Of a stretch of 64,000 nt of DNA, positions 10,101 through 19,346 are shown piece after piece. The notes under the pieces are model-generated. The model worked only from the letters and a program-made list of their open reading frames with translations. It was not told the DNA's origin and did not search any database. The first letter of the stretch is position 1, and every line of letters starts with the position of its first letter. A program made the translations under genes and the position numbers. The stretch covers positions 64,001 to 128,000 of the forward strand of contig CAXXFF010000002.1 of the NCBI GenBank assembly GCA_963676835.2. Reading direction: 5' to 3'. Source of the stretch: Marispirochaeta sp. Its GTDB lineage: Bacteria > Spirochaetota > Spirochaetia > JC444 > Marispirochaetaceae.

Positions 10101-12381
10101 CATATTTTTTATTGGTCTCTTTTTTTGCTTTTTCTTTACCGGGATACCTCTGTCTGCAGATACTCCCCGGACAGTACGTATCGGCATTTATGAAAATCCC
10201 CCGAAGATATACACCGACCAGAAAGGAAAACCGGGGGGATTTCTTCCGGAGCTGCTTAAAAGAATAGCCGCAGAACAGGGATGGCAGCTTGAATGGGTTC
10301 ACGGAGACTGGGCAGAACTGCTGGATATGCTGGAAAAGGGCAGTATTGATATGATGCCGGATGTGGCCTTTTCCCCGGAAAGAATGTCCCGCTACCTGTT
10401 TAACCTTGAAGACATTTTTATCAACTGGGGCGTTGTATATTCACGGAACCGCTACCACCCCCAATCCTTTTTCGACCTTAACGGCAAGCGTGTTGCAGGG
10501 ATGAAAGGAGACATCCACATTGAAGGCAAAACCGGGATTATTGCACTTGCCCATTCCTTCGGAATAAATATCACCCTCATAGAAACAGGCAGCTACCGGG
10601 AAGCCTTTGAACTTATTAACAGCGGCGATGCTGATGCAGCGGTGGTGAACCGGATATTCGGCTCCACCTATGAAAATGAGTACGATATAAACCGGTCATC
10701 CATTGTATTCAACCCGGTCTCGATCCGCTGCGCCTTTCCTTTCACATGGCCGGAGGCCCCTCAGGTGATTAAAGAACTCGATGAGTCGCTGGCACTGTAT
10801 AAAGCGGACAAGGGCAGCATTTACTATAAACTCCTCGATACCTATCTTATCCGCTACATTGCTCATAAGGCGGTAATCCCCTTATGGCTGATTGTTCTTC
10901 TGTCCGGAGCCCTTGTTTTCGCTCTGGTGCTGGGAATTCTGCTTTTCAGACTCCGCAGGGAAATACACCGGAGAATAAACACAGAGAAAAAGCTTCGACT
11001 TGCCAGAGATGAAGCAGAAAAAGCAAACCGGGCAAAAACAATTTTCCTTGCCGGAATGACCCACGAACTGAGAACTCCAATGAACTCCATCCTGGGCTAC
11101 TCCGAACTTCTGCAGCGAAGCCCGGAACTCAGACCAGAGCAGAAAAAACAACTTGAGGCCATCAATTCCAGCGGGCAGCACCTGCTTAATCTGATAAATG
11201 AAGTGCTTGATATGTCCAGAATAGAGTCGGGAAAAATTTCTCTGGACCAGAAAAATTTCAATCTGTCGGGAGTAATTACGTCCTGCATCGAACAGATGCG
11301 TCCGGGAGCAGAACGGAACAATCAGAACCTGACACTTCTGGCCGGCCCGGGACTGCCGGAAAATATATTCAGCGATGAACTGAAGATCCGGCAGATTCTT
11401 CTCAACTTGCTGAGCAATGCGGTTAAATATGCCGACAGCGGTGTTATTGAGGTTATCTGCAGCCCGATACCCGGTTCAGAAAACATGATCCGTCTGGAAG
11501 TACTCGACTACGGACCGGGTATCCCCGAGACCGACGGGCAGCACCTTTTTGTCCCCTTTGAGCGGGGAATTCACAATAACAGCGGAACTTCCGGAGCCGG
11601 CCTCGGCCTTTCCTTAAGCCGCCGTTACGCCCGCGCTCTTGGCGGCGACCTTATCTATCAGGAGAACCCCCAGGGGGGAAGCATATTCTCTTTCAGCTTC
11701 AGCTTTCAGCCGGGAACCAACTCGGCGGACAGTTCTGTACCCCTGACAGGGGAGATTTCCGGGATCGCCCATGGAGAAACGCCTTTAAAGATCCTCCTTG
11801 TTGATGACCGTGAATCGAACCGGGATATCTTTTCGGAAATGCTGGTAAGTGCAGGCTTTTCGGTATTTACCGCCGGGAGCAGTTCAGAGTGCCTTTCGAT
11901 GATAAAGGAAACTCTCCCGGCCTGCATTCTTCTGGACATCCTCATGCCCGGGACCAGCGGAATTGAAACCACCCGTATTTTAAATACCCTGCCGGAAAGA
12001 AGGCAGTTCAAAATCATAGGCCTCAGCGCCAGTGCACTTCCGGAAGACCGGGACAGCATAATGAATGCAGGAGCCGACGATTTTCTCCTCAAACCCTGCA
12101 GCCGCCGGGATCTGCTGGAAACAATAAGCCGGACATGCGGTGTGAAGTATGCATACGAAAACGACGCAATAGAACCGGCCGAGATCAATATCCCGAATAT
12201 TGCCTTGCCCGATACCGGTAAGCTGCAGGAACTGATTGAAGCTGCCCGTATGGGCAACCGTAAAATGATCCTGGAAGCCCTGGAGTCAGAGGTTCCCCAT
12301 GAACTTTCTTCGGCTGTCCGGCTTTTAGCAGGAGAATACCGGTTTAAGGAAATTATCAGAGTTATTGAAGAGCTCAATTAA
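10075..12381 (+). CDS. Hybrid sensor histidine kinase (periplasmic SBP_bac_3-like sensor, HisKA, HATPase, REC)
   Basis: MTHELRTPMN H-box, NLLSNAVKY, GAGLGL; receiver LDILMPG. Confidence 0.93.
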   Translation: MKRNICGNNIFFIGLFFCFFFTGIPLSADTPRTVRIGIYENPPKIYTDQKGKPGGFLPELLKRIAAEQGWQLEWVHGDWAELLDMLEKGSIDMMPDVAFSPERMSRYLFNLEDIFINWGVVYSRNRYHPQSFFDLNGKRVAGMKGDIHIEGKTGIIALAHSFGINITLIETGSYREAFELINSGDADAAVVNRIFGSTYENEYDINRSSIVFNPVSIRCAFPFTWPEAPQVIKELDESLALYKADKGSIYYKLLDTYLIRYIAHKAVIPLWLIVLLSGALVFALVLGILLFRLRREIHRRINTEKKLRLARDEAEKANRAKTIFLAGMTHELRTPMNSILGYSELLQRSPELRPEQKKQLEAINSSGQHLLNLINEVLDMSRIESGKISLDQKNFNLSGVITSCIEQMRPGAERNNQNLTLLAGPGLPENIFSDELKIRQILLNLLSNAVKYADSGVIEVICSPIPGSENMIRLEVLDYGPGIPETDGQHLFVPFERGIHNNSGTSGAGLGLSLSRRYARALGGDLIYQENPQGGSIFSFSFSFQPGTNSADSSVPLTGEISGIAHGETPLKILLVDDRESNRDIFSEMLVSAGFSVFTAGSSSECLSMIKETLPACILLDILMPGTSGIETTRILNTLPERRQFKIIGLSASALPEDRDSIMNAGADDFLLKPCSRRDLLETISRTCGVKYAYENDAIEPAEINIPNIALPDTGKLQELIEAARMGNRKMILEALESEVPHELSSAVRLLAGEYRFKEIIRVIEELN

Positions 12382-12392
12382 GGAAGGAAGCT

Positions 12393-13634
12393 ATGTATAA
12401 CCCAGCGTCAACAGTATTTATCGCCGATGACAACCCGCGGAACCTGAGTCTTCTCTCATCTATTCTCGAGGAGGCAGGATACACCGTCCGCGCAGCCATT
12501 AGCGGAGGAGAACTGCTGGAAGGAATAGAGCTCTCCATTCCCGACCTGGTCATTCTGGATATTCATATGCCGAAGATGGACGGGTATGAGGTCTGCGAGG
12601 CCATGAAAGCAGATGAAAGATATAACGAAATCCCGGTGATTTTCTGCAGTGCGTTGAATGAAAGCTATAATATCGTTAAAGGCTTTGATGCGGGTGCGGT
12701 GGATTTTATCAGTAAGCCCTTCCGCAGCGAAGAGATCCTGGCCCGGGTAAAAACCCATCTGACCCTGCAGCAGCGGCACACTCAGCTGAAGAACGCACTG
12801 GAAACCCTCAAGGCGGCACAGCAGCAGCTGATTCAGACAGAAAAAATGACCAGCGTGGGTATTCTTACCGCCGGTATCGCCCATCAGATCAATAATCCGT
12901 TGAACTATATTGTAAACTCACTTGAAGGGTTCAAAAAGGATTTTGAAGATATTATCAGTCTGGTGGAATTTTACGGTGCCAACGAGGAACAGCAGAGCCC
13001 GGATTTTCAGGAAAAAGCAGAAGCTCTCCGAACAGAAATAGGCTACCCAAAACTGGTTGAAGAAATGAAGGCCCTCTTTGATGGAATATACACCGGCAGC
13101 ATGAAGGTTCATGAGACAATCAAGGCCCTCCAGGCATTTACCACCGATACCTCCGGAGAGGCTGTTGAAATCAGCGTGGAAGATGAAATACAACGGGCGG
13201 TTCTGATGATGGAGAACCAGTTTAACGGAACAGTAAGGCTCAACAGCAGTATCAGCAAACTCCCGGAAATAGAGGGAAGGCCGGGGACCATAAGTCAGGT
13301 GGTTATGCAGCTGCTGCAGAACGGCCTGGATGCAATCAAAGAGAAGGATCAACCGTCGGATAATGACGCAGTAAGCCTCAAGGCGGAAATAACCGGAGGC
13401 AGAGGCAACTCTCAGGTGGAAATACGGGTTCATGATACCGGAGCCGGCATGCAGGGGACTGCCGTTGAGCATGCCTTTGACCCATTCTTTACCACCAGTA
13501 AAACAAACCTGCGAAACGGACTGGGACTGACAAAATGCTACCGTATAGTCACCTCCCTGGGAGGAAGCCTTGAGTTTGACAGCACAGAAGATGACGGAAC
13601 AACTGTAACCATACGACTGCCTCTGCTGCGGTAA
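12393..13634 (+). CDS. REC-histidine kinase hybrid (cytoplasmic)
   Basis: N-terminal REC (LDIHMPKMDG); AGIAHQINNPLN; DTGAGM, FDPFFTT and GLGL motifs. Confidence 0.92.
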   Translation: MYNPASTVFIADDNPRNLSLLSSILEEAGYTVRAAISGGELLEGIELSIPDLVILDIHMPKMDGYEVCEAMKADERYNEIPVIFCSALNESYNIVKGFDAGAVDFISKPFRSEEILARVKTHLTLQQRHTQLKNALETLKAAQQQLIQTEKMTSVGILTAGIAHQINNPLNYIVNSLEGFKKDFEDIISLVEFYGANEEQQSPDFQEKAEALRTEIGYPKLVEEMKALFDGIYTGSMKVHETIKALQAFTTDTSGEAVEISVEDEIQRAVLMMENQFNGTVRLNSSISKLPEIEGRPGTISQVVMQLLQNGLDAIKEKDQPSDNDAVSLKAEITGGRGNSQVEIRVHDTGAGMQGTAVEHAFDPFFTTSKTNLRNGLGLTKCYRIVTSLGGSLEFDSTEDDGTTVTIRLPLLR

Positions 13635-13738
13635 CCCGGCACTTTCTCACTATTTATGACATTTATTATTAGAATTTCCTCGACAGACACAGCTCATATC
13701 AGTATTTTATTAGCGATTAATACTGCAAGGATACTGTC

Positions 13739-14968
13739 ATGAACATTACCACCGTAACAGACGGCATATACCGCTTATCCGCAAACGTTGAAAACATTCT
13801 CTTTGAAGGTCTCTGGCCCATACCCAACGGGGTTTCCATGAACTCCTTTGTTGTAAAGGGTGAAAAAACCGCGATTATCGACGGGGTCTGCGGCTGGGAT
13901 GGTGTACCGGAGACCCTTATCGATCAGTTTAGCCAGGCAGGAATTAATCCGGATACCATTGATTACGTGATCATCAACCATATGGAGCCGGACCACTCCG
14001 GTTGGCTGGAAGCTTTCCGGAAGATCCGGCCGGACTTTACCGTGGTAACCAGCAAAAAGGCGGTGCCTCTGCTGGAAGCCTTTTTCGGCATAGAAAACGA
14101 GGTAATCGAAGTCGGCGACGGCGACAGTCTGGATCTTGGTGCCGGCCGGGTTCTGCAGTTTGCGGAAATTCCCAATGTACACTGGCCGGAGACCATCGCC
14201 ACCTTTGATTCTCTTTCCGGCACCCTCTTCCCCTGCGATGCCTTCGGGAGCTTCGGTTCAATTAATGACGCCCCTTATGATGATCAGCTGAGCGAAGATG
14301 ATCTGGCCTTTTTCGAGAATGAATCGGTCCGGTACTACTCAAACATTGTAGCGGCCTTCTCCATGCCGGTAAAAAAAGCAATTGCGAAATGTGCGGACCT
14401 GCCCATTAAAATAGTGGCTCCCGGCCATGGTATAGTCTGGAGGAAAAATCCACAGAAAATTATCGACGACTATATACGCTATGCAGACTATCAGAAGGGT
14501 CCGGCAAAAAACGAAGTAACCGTAATTTGGGGCTCCATGTACGGTATGACCGAAAAAGGAGTTGCCCCGGCGGTGGAAACCCTCCGCGCTGAAGGGCTTA
14601 CCGTTCACGTTCACCAGGTTCCGGAAAGCTCATGGGGGGATATACTCACCAGTGTATGGACCTCATCGGCAGTTGTTCTTGCCATGCCCACCTACGAGTA
14701 CAAGATGTTCCCTCCCATGGCGTCAGTTCTGGAAGAACTGGGCAAGAAGAAGGTACATAACCGCATAGCCTTCCGCTTCGGCTCATACGGCTGGTCCGGA
14801 GGAGCCCAAAAGGAGCTGGATGCAATCATGGAACGCTACAAAACAGGCTGGGAGTTTCTGGAGCCGGTGGAATTCAAGGGCAGTCCCGCAGAAGCAGACA
14901 TAGACAGGATACAGACTCAATGCCGCAGGGTAGCTGCTGCGGTAAACGAAGCAGTACTTACCGGCTAA
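13739..14968 (+). CDS. fprA: Flavodiiron protein (A-type flavoprotein)
   Basis: NHMEPDHSG, HWPET, DAFGSF and PGHG motifs; flavodoxin SMYGMTE...GSYGWSGGA. Confidence 0.93.
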   Translation: MNITTVTDGIYRLSANVENILFEGLWPIPNGVSMNSFVVKGEKTAIIDGVCGWDGVPETLIDQFSQAGINPDTIDYVIINHMEPDHSGWLEAFRKIRPDFTVVTSKKAVPLLEAFFGIENEVIEVGDGDSLDLGAGRVLQFAEIPNVHWPETIATFDSLSGTLFPCDAFGSFGSINDAPYDDQLSEDDLAFFENESVRYYSNIVAAFSMPVKKAIAKCADLPIKIVAPGHGIVWRKNPQKIIDDYIRYADYQKGPAKNEVTVIWGSMYGMTEKGVAPAVETLRAEGLTVHVHQVPESSWGDILTSVWTSSAVVLAMPTYEYKMFPPMASVLEELGKKKVHNRIAFRFGSYGWSGGAQKELDAIMERYKTGWEFLEPVEFKGSPAEADIDRIQTQCRRVAAAVNEAVLTG

Positions 14969-15000
14969 AACCTCGAAGTAATAAGTTTCATACTGAAGAT

Positions 15001-15025
15001 CGCCCCTTTTTCGGGGCGTTTTTTT
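15001..15025 (+). terminator. Rho-independent terminator after fprA
   Basis: CGCCCC-tttttc-GGGGCG-TTTTTTT. Confidence 0.85.
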
Positions 15026-15035
15026 ATACTTTCGC

Positions 15036-15078
15036 ACAAAGTTAATTGACATTAACGCTTAATGCGCATAAACTTTGT
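15036..15078 (+). promoter_or_regulatory. Sigma70 promoter of the feo operon with an overlapping palindromic operator
   Basis: TTGACA (15046-15051), 17-bp spacer, TAAACT (15069-15074); dyad GTTAAT-tgac-ATTAAC over the -35; outer inverted repeat ACAAAGTT...AACTTTGT. Confidence 0.75.
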
Positions 15079-15109
15079 TCATCCTAATTTACTTTGGAGG
15101 ACCAACCAT

Positions 15110-15358
15110 ATGGTTCCAACATCTGCCACCATGGCACAGGTAAAAGCAGGCCGTTGCTGTAGAATCCACGGTCTTGGTAAAGGCCGCAGCTTCCGGGCAC
15201 GCATGGTAGCTCTGGGAGTTCGCCCGGGTGCACATTTAAAGGTTGTCAGCGGCTGTGGAGACGGCCCGCGTATTGTTGAACTGGGCAGACAGCGAATCAT
15301 GATCGGCGCGGAGATGCTCCACCACATATATATCAATGAGGAAGGAATGGAGAGATGA
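15110..15358 (+). CDS. feoA: Ferrous iron transport protein A
   Basis: RMVALGVRPGA...GPRIVE SH3-like FeoA pattern; GGAGG RBS before ATG 15110. Confidence 0.85.
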   Translation: MVPTSATMAQVKAGRCCRIHGLGKGRSFRARMVALGVRPGAHLKVVSGCGDGPRIVELGRQRIMIGAEMLHHIYINEEGMER

Positions 15359-15603
15359 GTAAAGCAGAAACAGTAAGCCTGGCCGGAATGAAACCCGGAG
15401 AAGGCGCAGTAATTACAGGCTACCGGGCAGGCGGCAAAGAGTACCGCAGGAAGCTGCTGTCCTTCGGTCTGACCGCCGGGACCAGAATAACCCTGGTAAA
15501 AAAGGCACCCATGGGGGACCCCGTAGAAATCAGTGTTCGGGGCTACTCTCTGTCACTTCGTAAATCAGAGGCTGAAGTACTTGAGCTGAGGAGCAAAATA
15601 TGA
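15355..15603 (+). CDS. feoA: Ferrous iron transport protein A (second copy)
   Basis: RRKLLSFGLTAG..APMGDPVEISVRGYSLSLRKSEA. Confidence 0.93.
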   Translation: MSKAETVSLAGMKPGEGAVITGYRAGGKEYRRKLLSFGLTAGTRITLVKKAPMGDPVEISVRGYSLSLRKSEAEVLELRSKI

Positions 15604-17927
15604 GTATCGCAGCACCGGCACGAACAATGACCATTGCCCTGGCGGGAAATCCCAACTGCGGAAAAACCACGATCTTCAACGCCCTTACCGGTTCTTCGGC
15701 AAAAACAGGCAACTGGCCCGGAGTAACCGTTGAGCGCCGGGAAGGAATAATGCATTCAGCTAATGGAGAGACTGCAGTAATCGACCTGCCGGGAATCTAC
15801 AGCCTCTCCGCTGAATCCGAAGACGAAAGAGTTGCCAGGGACTTCCTGATCAGCGGAAGTGTAGATGCGGTGGTCTGCATTGCAGATGCGGCCAATCTTG
15901 AGCGCAATCTCTATCTAACCTCTACCATCATGGAAAGCGGAGTTCCTGTAATACTGGCTCTGAACATGATGGACGCCGCAGAAAAAGCCGGACTCCGGAT
16001 CGATATCAAGAAGCTTTCTACAGAACTGGGATGTCCGGTGCTGCCCCTGAGTGCGGTCAAACCCGACAGCCTGAGAAGCTTCAGAAAAGAGCTTGAAAAA
16101 GAGCTTAGCGGGAACCTTAAACCTGCTTCCGTCAAAATTACCTATGCAGCTGAAATTGAAAAGGCTGCCGGCGAGTGGGAATCGGCACTTGCCGCTGATG
16201 CACTTAGCCTGGGGCTGAATAGCCGCTTTCTTGCCCTGAGCATTCTTGAGGAAGATCCTTTTATTATAGAGAAGTTCGGCGATAACATCGGTAAGGGAAC
16301 CATAGAAAGCATAATAACGAAGATCAGTGATATTTCCGGAACTACCGTTGATATGCTCATTGCCGATAACCGTTACAGCTGGATCACCGATGTCTGTACC
16401 AGAAGTATCAGAGAAACCCGGGAGAGCAGTGAAGCAAAGACCTCAACCGGAGGGCTGGACAGCATACTGCTGCACCGCTTCTTTGGTATACCGATTTTCC
16501 TCATGGTTATGTACCTTGTTTTCTGGGTAACCATGGCAATAGGCGGATCGTTCATCGACTTTTTTGATATTCTTTTCGGCGGCATTTTTGTTGATGGCCT
16601 GGGAAGTCTCATGGCAAATGTGGGCAGCCCGGAATGGCTTATTGCCATAATCGCCGGTGGTATCGGCGGCGGTATCCAGACGGTTTCCACCTTTATACCC
16701 ATTATATTCTTCATGTTTGCCATGCTTGCAATCCTCGAAGATTCAGGCTACATGGCCAGGGCAGCCTTTGTCATGGACAGGGCGATGCGGGCCATCGGGC
16801 TGCCGGGGAAAGCCTTTGTTCCCATGCTGGTGGGCTTCGGCTGTACTGTACCCGCAATTATGGCAACCCGCACCCTGGAATCAAAGCGGGACCGCTTTAT
16901 GACCATATTTATGTCACCCTTTATGTCCTGTGGTGCCCGGCTTCCGGTTTATGCACTTTTTACCGCTGCATTTTTCGGCTCCAGTGCAGGACTGGTGGTC
17001 TTTTCCATCTACCTGGCAGGTGTAGTTCTAGCCATTCTTACCGGGCTGCTGCTGAAACACACCCTCTTTAAGGGCAGCCACAGCCCCTTCGTAATGGAAC
17101 TTCCCTCCTACCACGCACCCCGGTTCGGCCATATTGTGACCAGTGCATGGCGTAGACTCAAGGTGTATATGTTCAGAGCCGGAAAGGTAATAGTCCTGGT
17201 AGTGCTGGTGCTTTCTGTTCTCAACTCATGGGGAACCGACGGCAGTTTCGGCAACGAGGATTCTGAAGAGTCCGTACTTTCGGTAGTAGGTAAAACCATC
17301 ACGCCTCTGTTTGGCCCCATGGGAATCGAAAAAGAAAACTGGCCCGCAACAGTGAGTCTCTTTACCGGACTATTTGCCAAGGAAGCGGTGGTTGGGACCC
17401 TGAACGCCCTCTATTCCCAGGAAGCTGTTGCTTCTTCGGCTGAAGATGAAGAAGCAGAGCCTGAAGCATCATGGAGCCTTGTTCCGGTTATCAGTGAATC
17501 CCTTGCAAGCATTGGAGAAAACCTTGCCGGAGTACTCGGCAGCCTGCTGGATCCCCTGGGAATCGGCCTTATATCGGGAGATGAAGCGGCCACCGCAGAA
17601 GAACTTGAAACAGAAGACAGTGTCTTCACAGGACTGAGAAACAATTTCAGCCCTGTAAGCTCATATGCTTATCTGCTGTTTATCCTCATCTACTTCCCCT
17701 GTGTCGCGGCACTGGGTGCGGCTGTGCAGGAAACAGGAAGAGGTTATGGAACCATACTGGTCACCTACCTCACCCTGCTTGCCTGGATAACATCCACCCT
17801 GGTGTTTCAGATTTTCCAGGGACACAACCTGCTCTGGATAATTGTTCCCCTTCTCCTTCTGGGCGGAATCTTTGCCAGTTTCGCATTCATGGGACGGGGA
17901 CGAGAAAAAATTCAATATCCCGGTTAA
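15600..17927 (+). CDS. feoB: Ferrous iron transporter B
   Basis: GNPNCGKTT, GNWPGVTVE, DLPGIYSL, EDSGYMARAAF and PFMSCGARLP motifs. Confidence 0.97.
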   Translation: MSIAAPARTMTIALAGNPNCGKTTIFNALTGSSAKTGNWPGVTVERREGIMHSANGETAVIDLPGIYSLSAESEDERVARDFLISGSVDAVVCIADAANLERNLYLTSTIMESGVPVILALNMMDAAEKAGLRIDIKKLSTELGCPVLPLSAVKPDSLRSFRKELEKELSGNLKPASVKITYAAEIEKAAGEWESALAADALSLGLNSRFLALSILEEDPFIIEKFGDNIGKGTIESIITKISDISGTTVDMLIADNRYSWITDVCTRSIRETRESSEAKTSTGGLDSILLHRFFGIPIFLMVMYLVFWVTMAIGGSFIDFFDILFGGIFVDGLGSLMANVGSPEWLIAIIAGGIGGGIQTVSTFIPIIFFMFAMLAILEDSGYMARAAFVMDRAMRAIGLPGKAFVPMLVGFGCTVPAIMATRTLESKRDRFMTIFMSPFMSCGARLPVYALFTAAFFGSSAGLVVFSIYLAGVVLAILTGLLLKHTLFKGSHSPFVMELPSYHAPRFGHIVTSAWRRLKVYMFRAGKVIVLVVLVLSVLNSWGTDGSFGNEDSEESVLSVVGKTITPLFGPMGIEKENWPATVSLFTGLFAKEAVVGTLNALYSQEAVASSAEDEEAEPEASWSLVPVISESLASIGENLAGVLGSLLDPLGIGLISGDEAATAEELETEDSVFTGLRNNFSPVSSYAYLLFILIYFPCVAALGAAVQETGRGYGTILVTYLTLLAWITSTLVFQIFQGHNLLWIIVPLLLLGGIFASFAFMGRGREKIQYPG

Positions 17928-17949
17928 TGCCGGATTTGTAACTTCCCTG

Positions 17950-17987
17950 CTCCGCTCCCGGTTCCCTTGTCCGGGAGCGGAGTTTTT
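17950..17987 (+). terminator. Terminator between feoB and the DtxR-family gene
   Basis: CTCCGCTCCCGG-9 nt-CCGGGAGCGGAG-TTTTT. Confidence 0.8.
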
Positions 17988-18029
17988 ATTGGATTAAAGA
18001 TGCAGAATGCTGTACAATCAGCTCCGGCT

Positions 18030-18728
18030 ATGAGTAAAACCGTTGAAACCGAGATGCAGGAGCTGCAGAAACGCTTTCCCGCAGCCCTCGATTATCTTAC
18101 CGAAATATTTCTTCTCCACCGCGAATTCGGTCAGGTGACCAACAGCAAGCTGGCTCAGGCCCTGAGAGTCTCCAAACCTGCAGTAACCCAGGCGGTAAGC
18201 AGACTGAAAAAGCATAAACTGGCAGAACAGGATCTGTACGGCACCATCCGCCTGACCCCAACGGGAAGAATTTATGCTTCCACTGTTTTAAAGCGCCATT
18301 ACCTTATTGAACACCTGCTTATACAGAAACTGGACTACCCCTGGCATAAATCCGACGAGGAAGCACAGCGCCTGCAGGGGGCAATCTCAGAAGAGTTTAC
18401 CCAACACCTTTATGAAGCATTCGATCATCCCCAAACCTGCCCCCACGGGAATCCCTTCCCCGGATCAGACAGAGAGAAAGAACTGGTTACCGCACCCCGC
18501 CTGGCTGATGCACCGGAAAACAGTCCCCTGAAGCTGATACGTATAACAGAAATAGGCGAAGCAGTAGACGGGCTGCTGGAGTTCTGCCACCGGCATAATC
18601 TTCATCCAGGGCGGATTATTCTTGTTATAAAAAAGGAGGAGAATACCATCTATACCGGTTGCTGCGACAATCAGGAAATCCCCATTCCCATGGAGATTGC
18701 CCGGCATCTGTGCTACGCTCTGGAATAA
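18030..18728 (+). CDS. DtxR/MntR-family metal-dependent regulator with C-terminal FeoA-like domain (start uncertain: 18000/18030/18054)
   Basis: LAQALRVSKPAVTQAVSRL HTH; HYLIEHLL; HPQTCPHGNPFP. Confidence 0.88.
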   Translation: MSKTVETEMQELQKRFPAALDYLTEIFLLHREFGQVTNSKLAQALRVSKPAVTQAVSRLKKHKLAEQDLYGTIRLTPTGRIYASTVLKRHYLIEHLLIQKLDYPWHKSDEEAQRLQGAISEEFTQHLYEAFDHPQTCPHGNPFPGSDREKELVTAPRLADAPENSPLKLIRITEIGEAVDGLLEFCHRHNLHPGRIILVIKKEENTIYTGCCDNQEIPIPMEIARHLCYALE

Positions 18729-19345
18729 TGAGAAGAATAACCTGTAGATTTTTTTTTCTGCTTTTCTGTTTTCATATGCCCCTGATGGCTCACCCGCATA
18801 TGTTTATCGATACTCAGCTTGATATTACCCTCGAAGCTGGAAATTTGAAGAGTATTGATATAACCTGGCGGTTCGACCCTCTGTTCACTGCCTCCATTAA
18901 AGGTGATTTTGATGAAAACAGGGATGGCAGATTTGACGCCCGGGAGATCGCACTTATAAGGGAGTACGCGTTTACCAATCTGAAGAACTACGATTACTTC
19001 ACTTTCGTAAACATCGAAGGAAAAACCCATGTGCCTGAAGAAATAGACGCGTTCACCGCCAGAATGGAACAGGAAACCCTGGTCTATGAGTTCACCACCT
19101 CATTCAATCTTCCCCTGGAAAAAGAGGATTTTGCAGTGGCGATCTATGATGACACCTTCTGGTGCGATATAACCTATACAGATACTAATCCAGTCCATAT
19201 TACCGGGAATCCTGGAGCGGATTGGAAACTGGTGGAAAACCGGGACATGGCCATCCAGTATGATAATGCAACAACTATAGACCGGAACGGTAAAACCTAC
19301 TCAGGTACCGCATATCCACAGCAGATTGTGGTAACCATTCCCTGA
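18728..19345 (+). CDS. DUF1007-family periplasmic protein (ZevA-like)
   Basis: Signal peptide followed by AHPHMFID; YDDTFW motif; start overlaps upstream stop (TAATG). Confidence 0.85.
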   Translation: MRRITCRFFFLLFCFHMPLMAHPHMFIDTQLDITLEAGNLKSIDITWRFDPLFTASIKGDFDENRDGRFDAREIALIREYAFTNLKNYDYFTFVNIEGKTHVPEEIDAFTARMEQETLVYEFTTSFNLPLEKEDFAVAIYDDTFWCDITYTDTNPVHITGNPGADWKLVENRDMAIQYDNATTIDRNGKTYSGTAYPQQIVVTIP

Positions 19346-19346
19346 G

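Noticed and set aside
11706..12377. 223-aa minus-strand ORF
   Set aside because: Antisense to the kinase receiver domain; Ser/Arg-rich composition typical of a shadow ORF.
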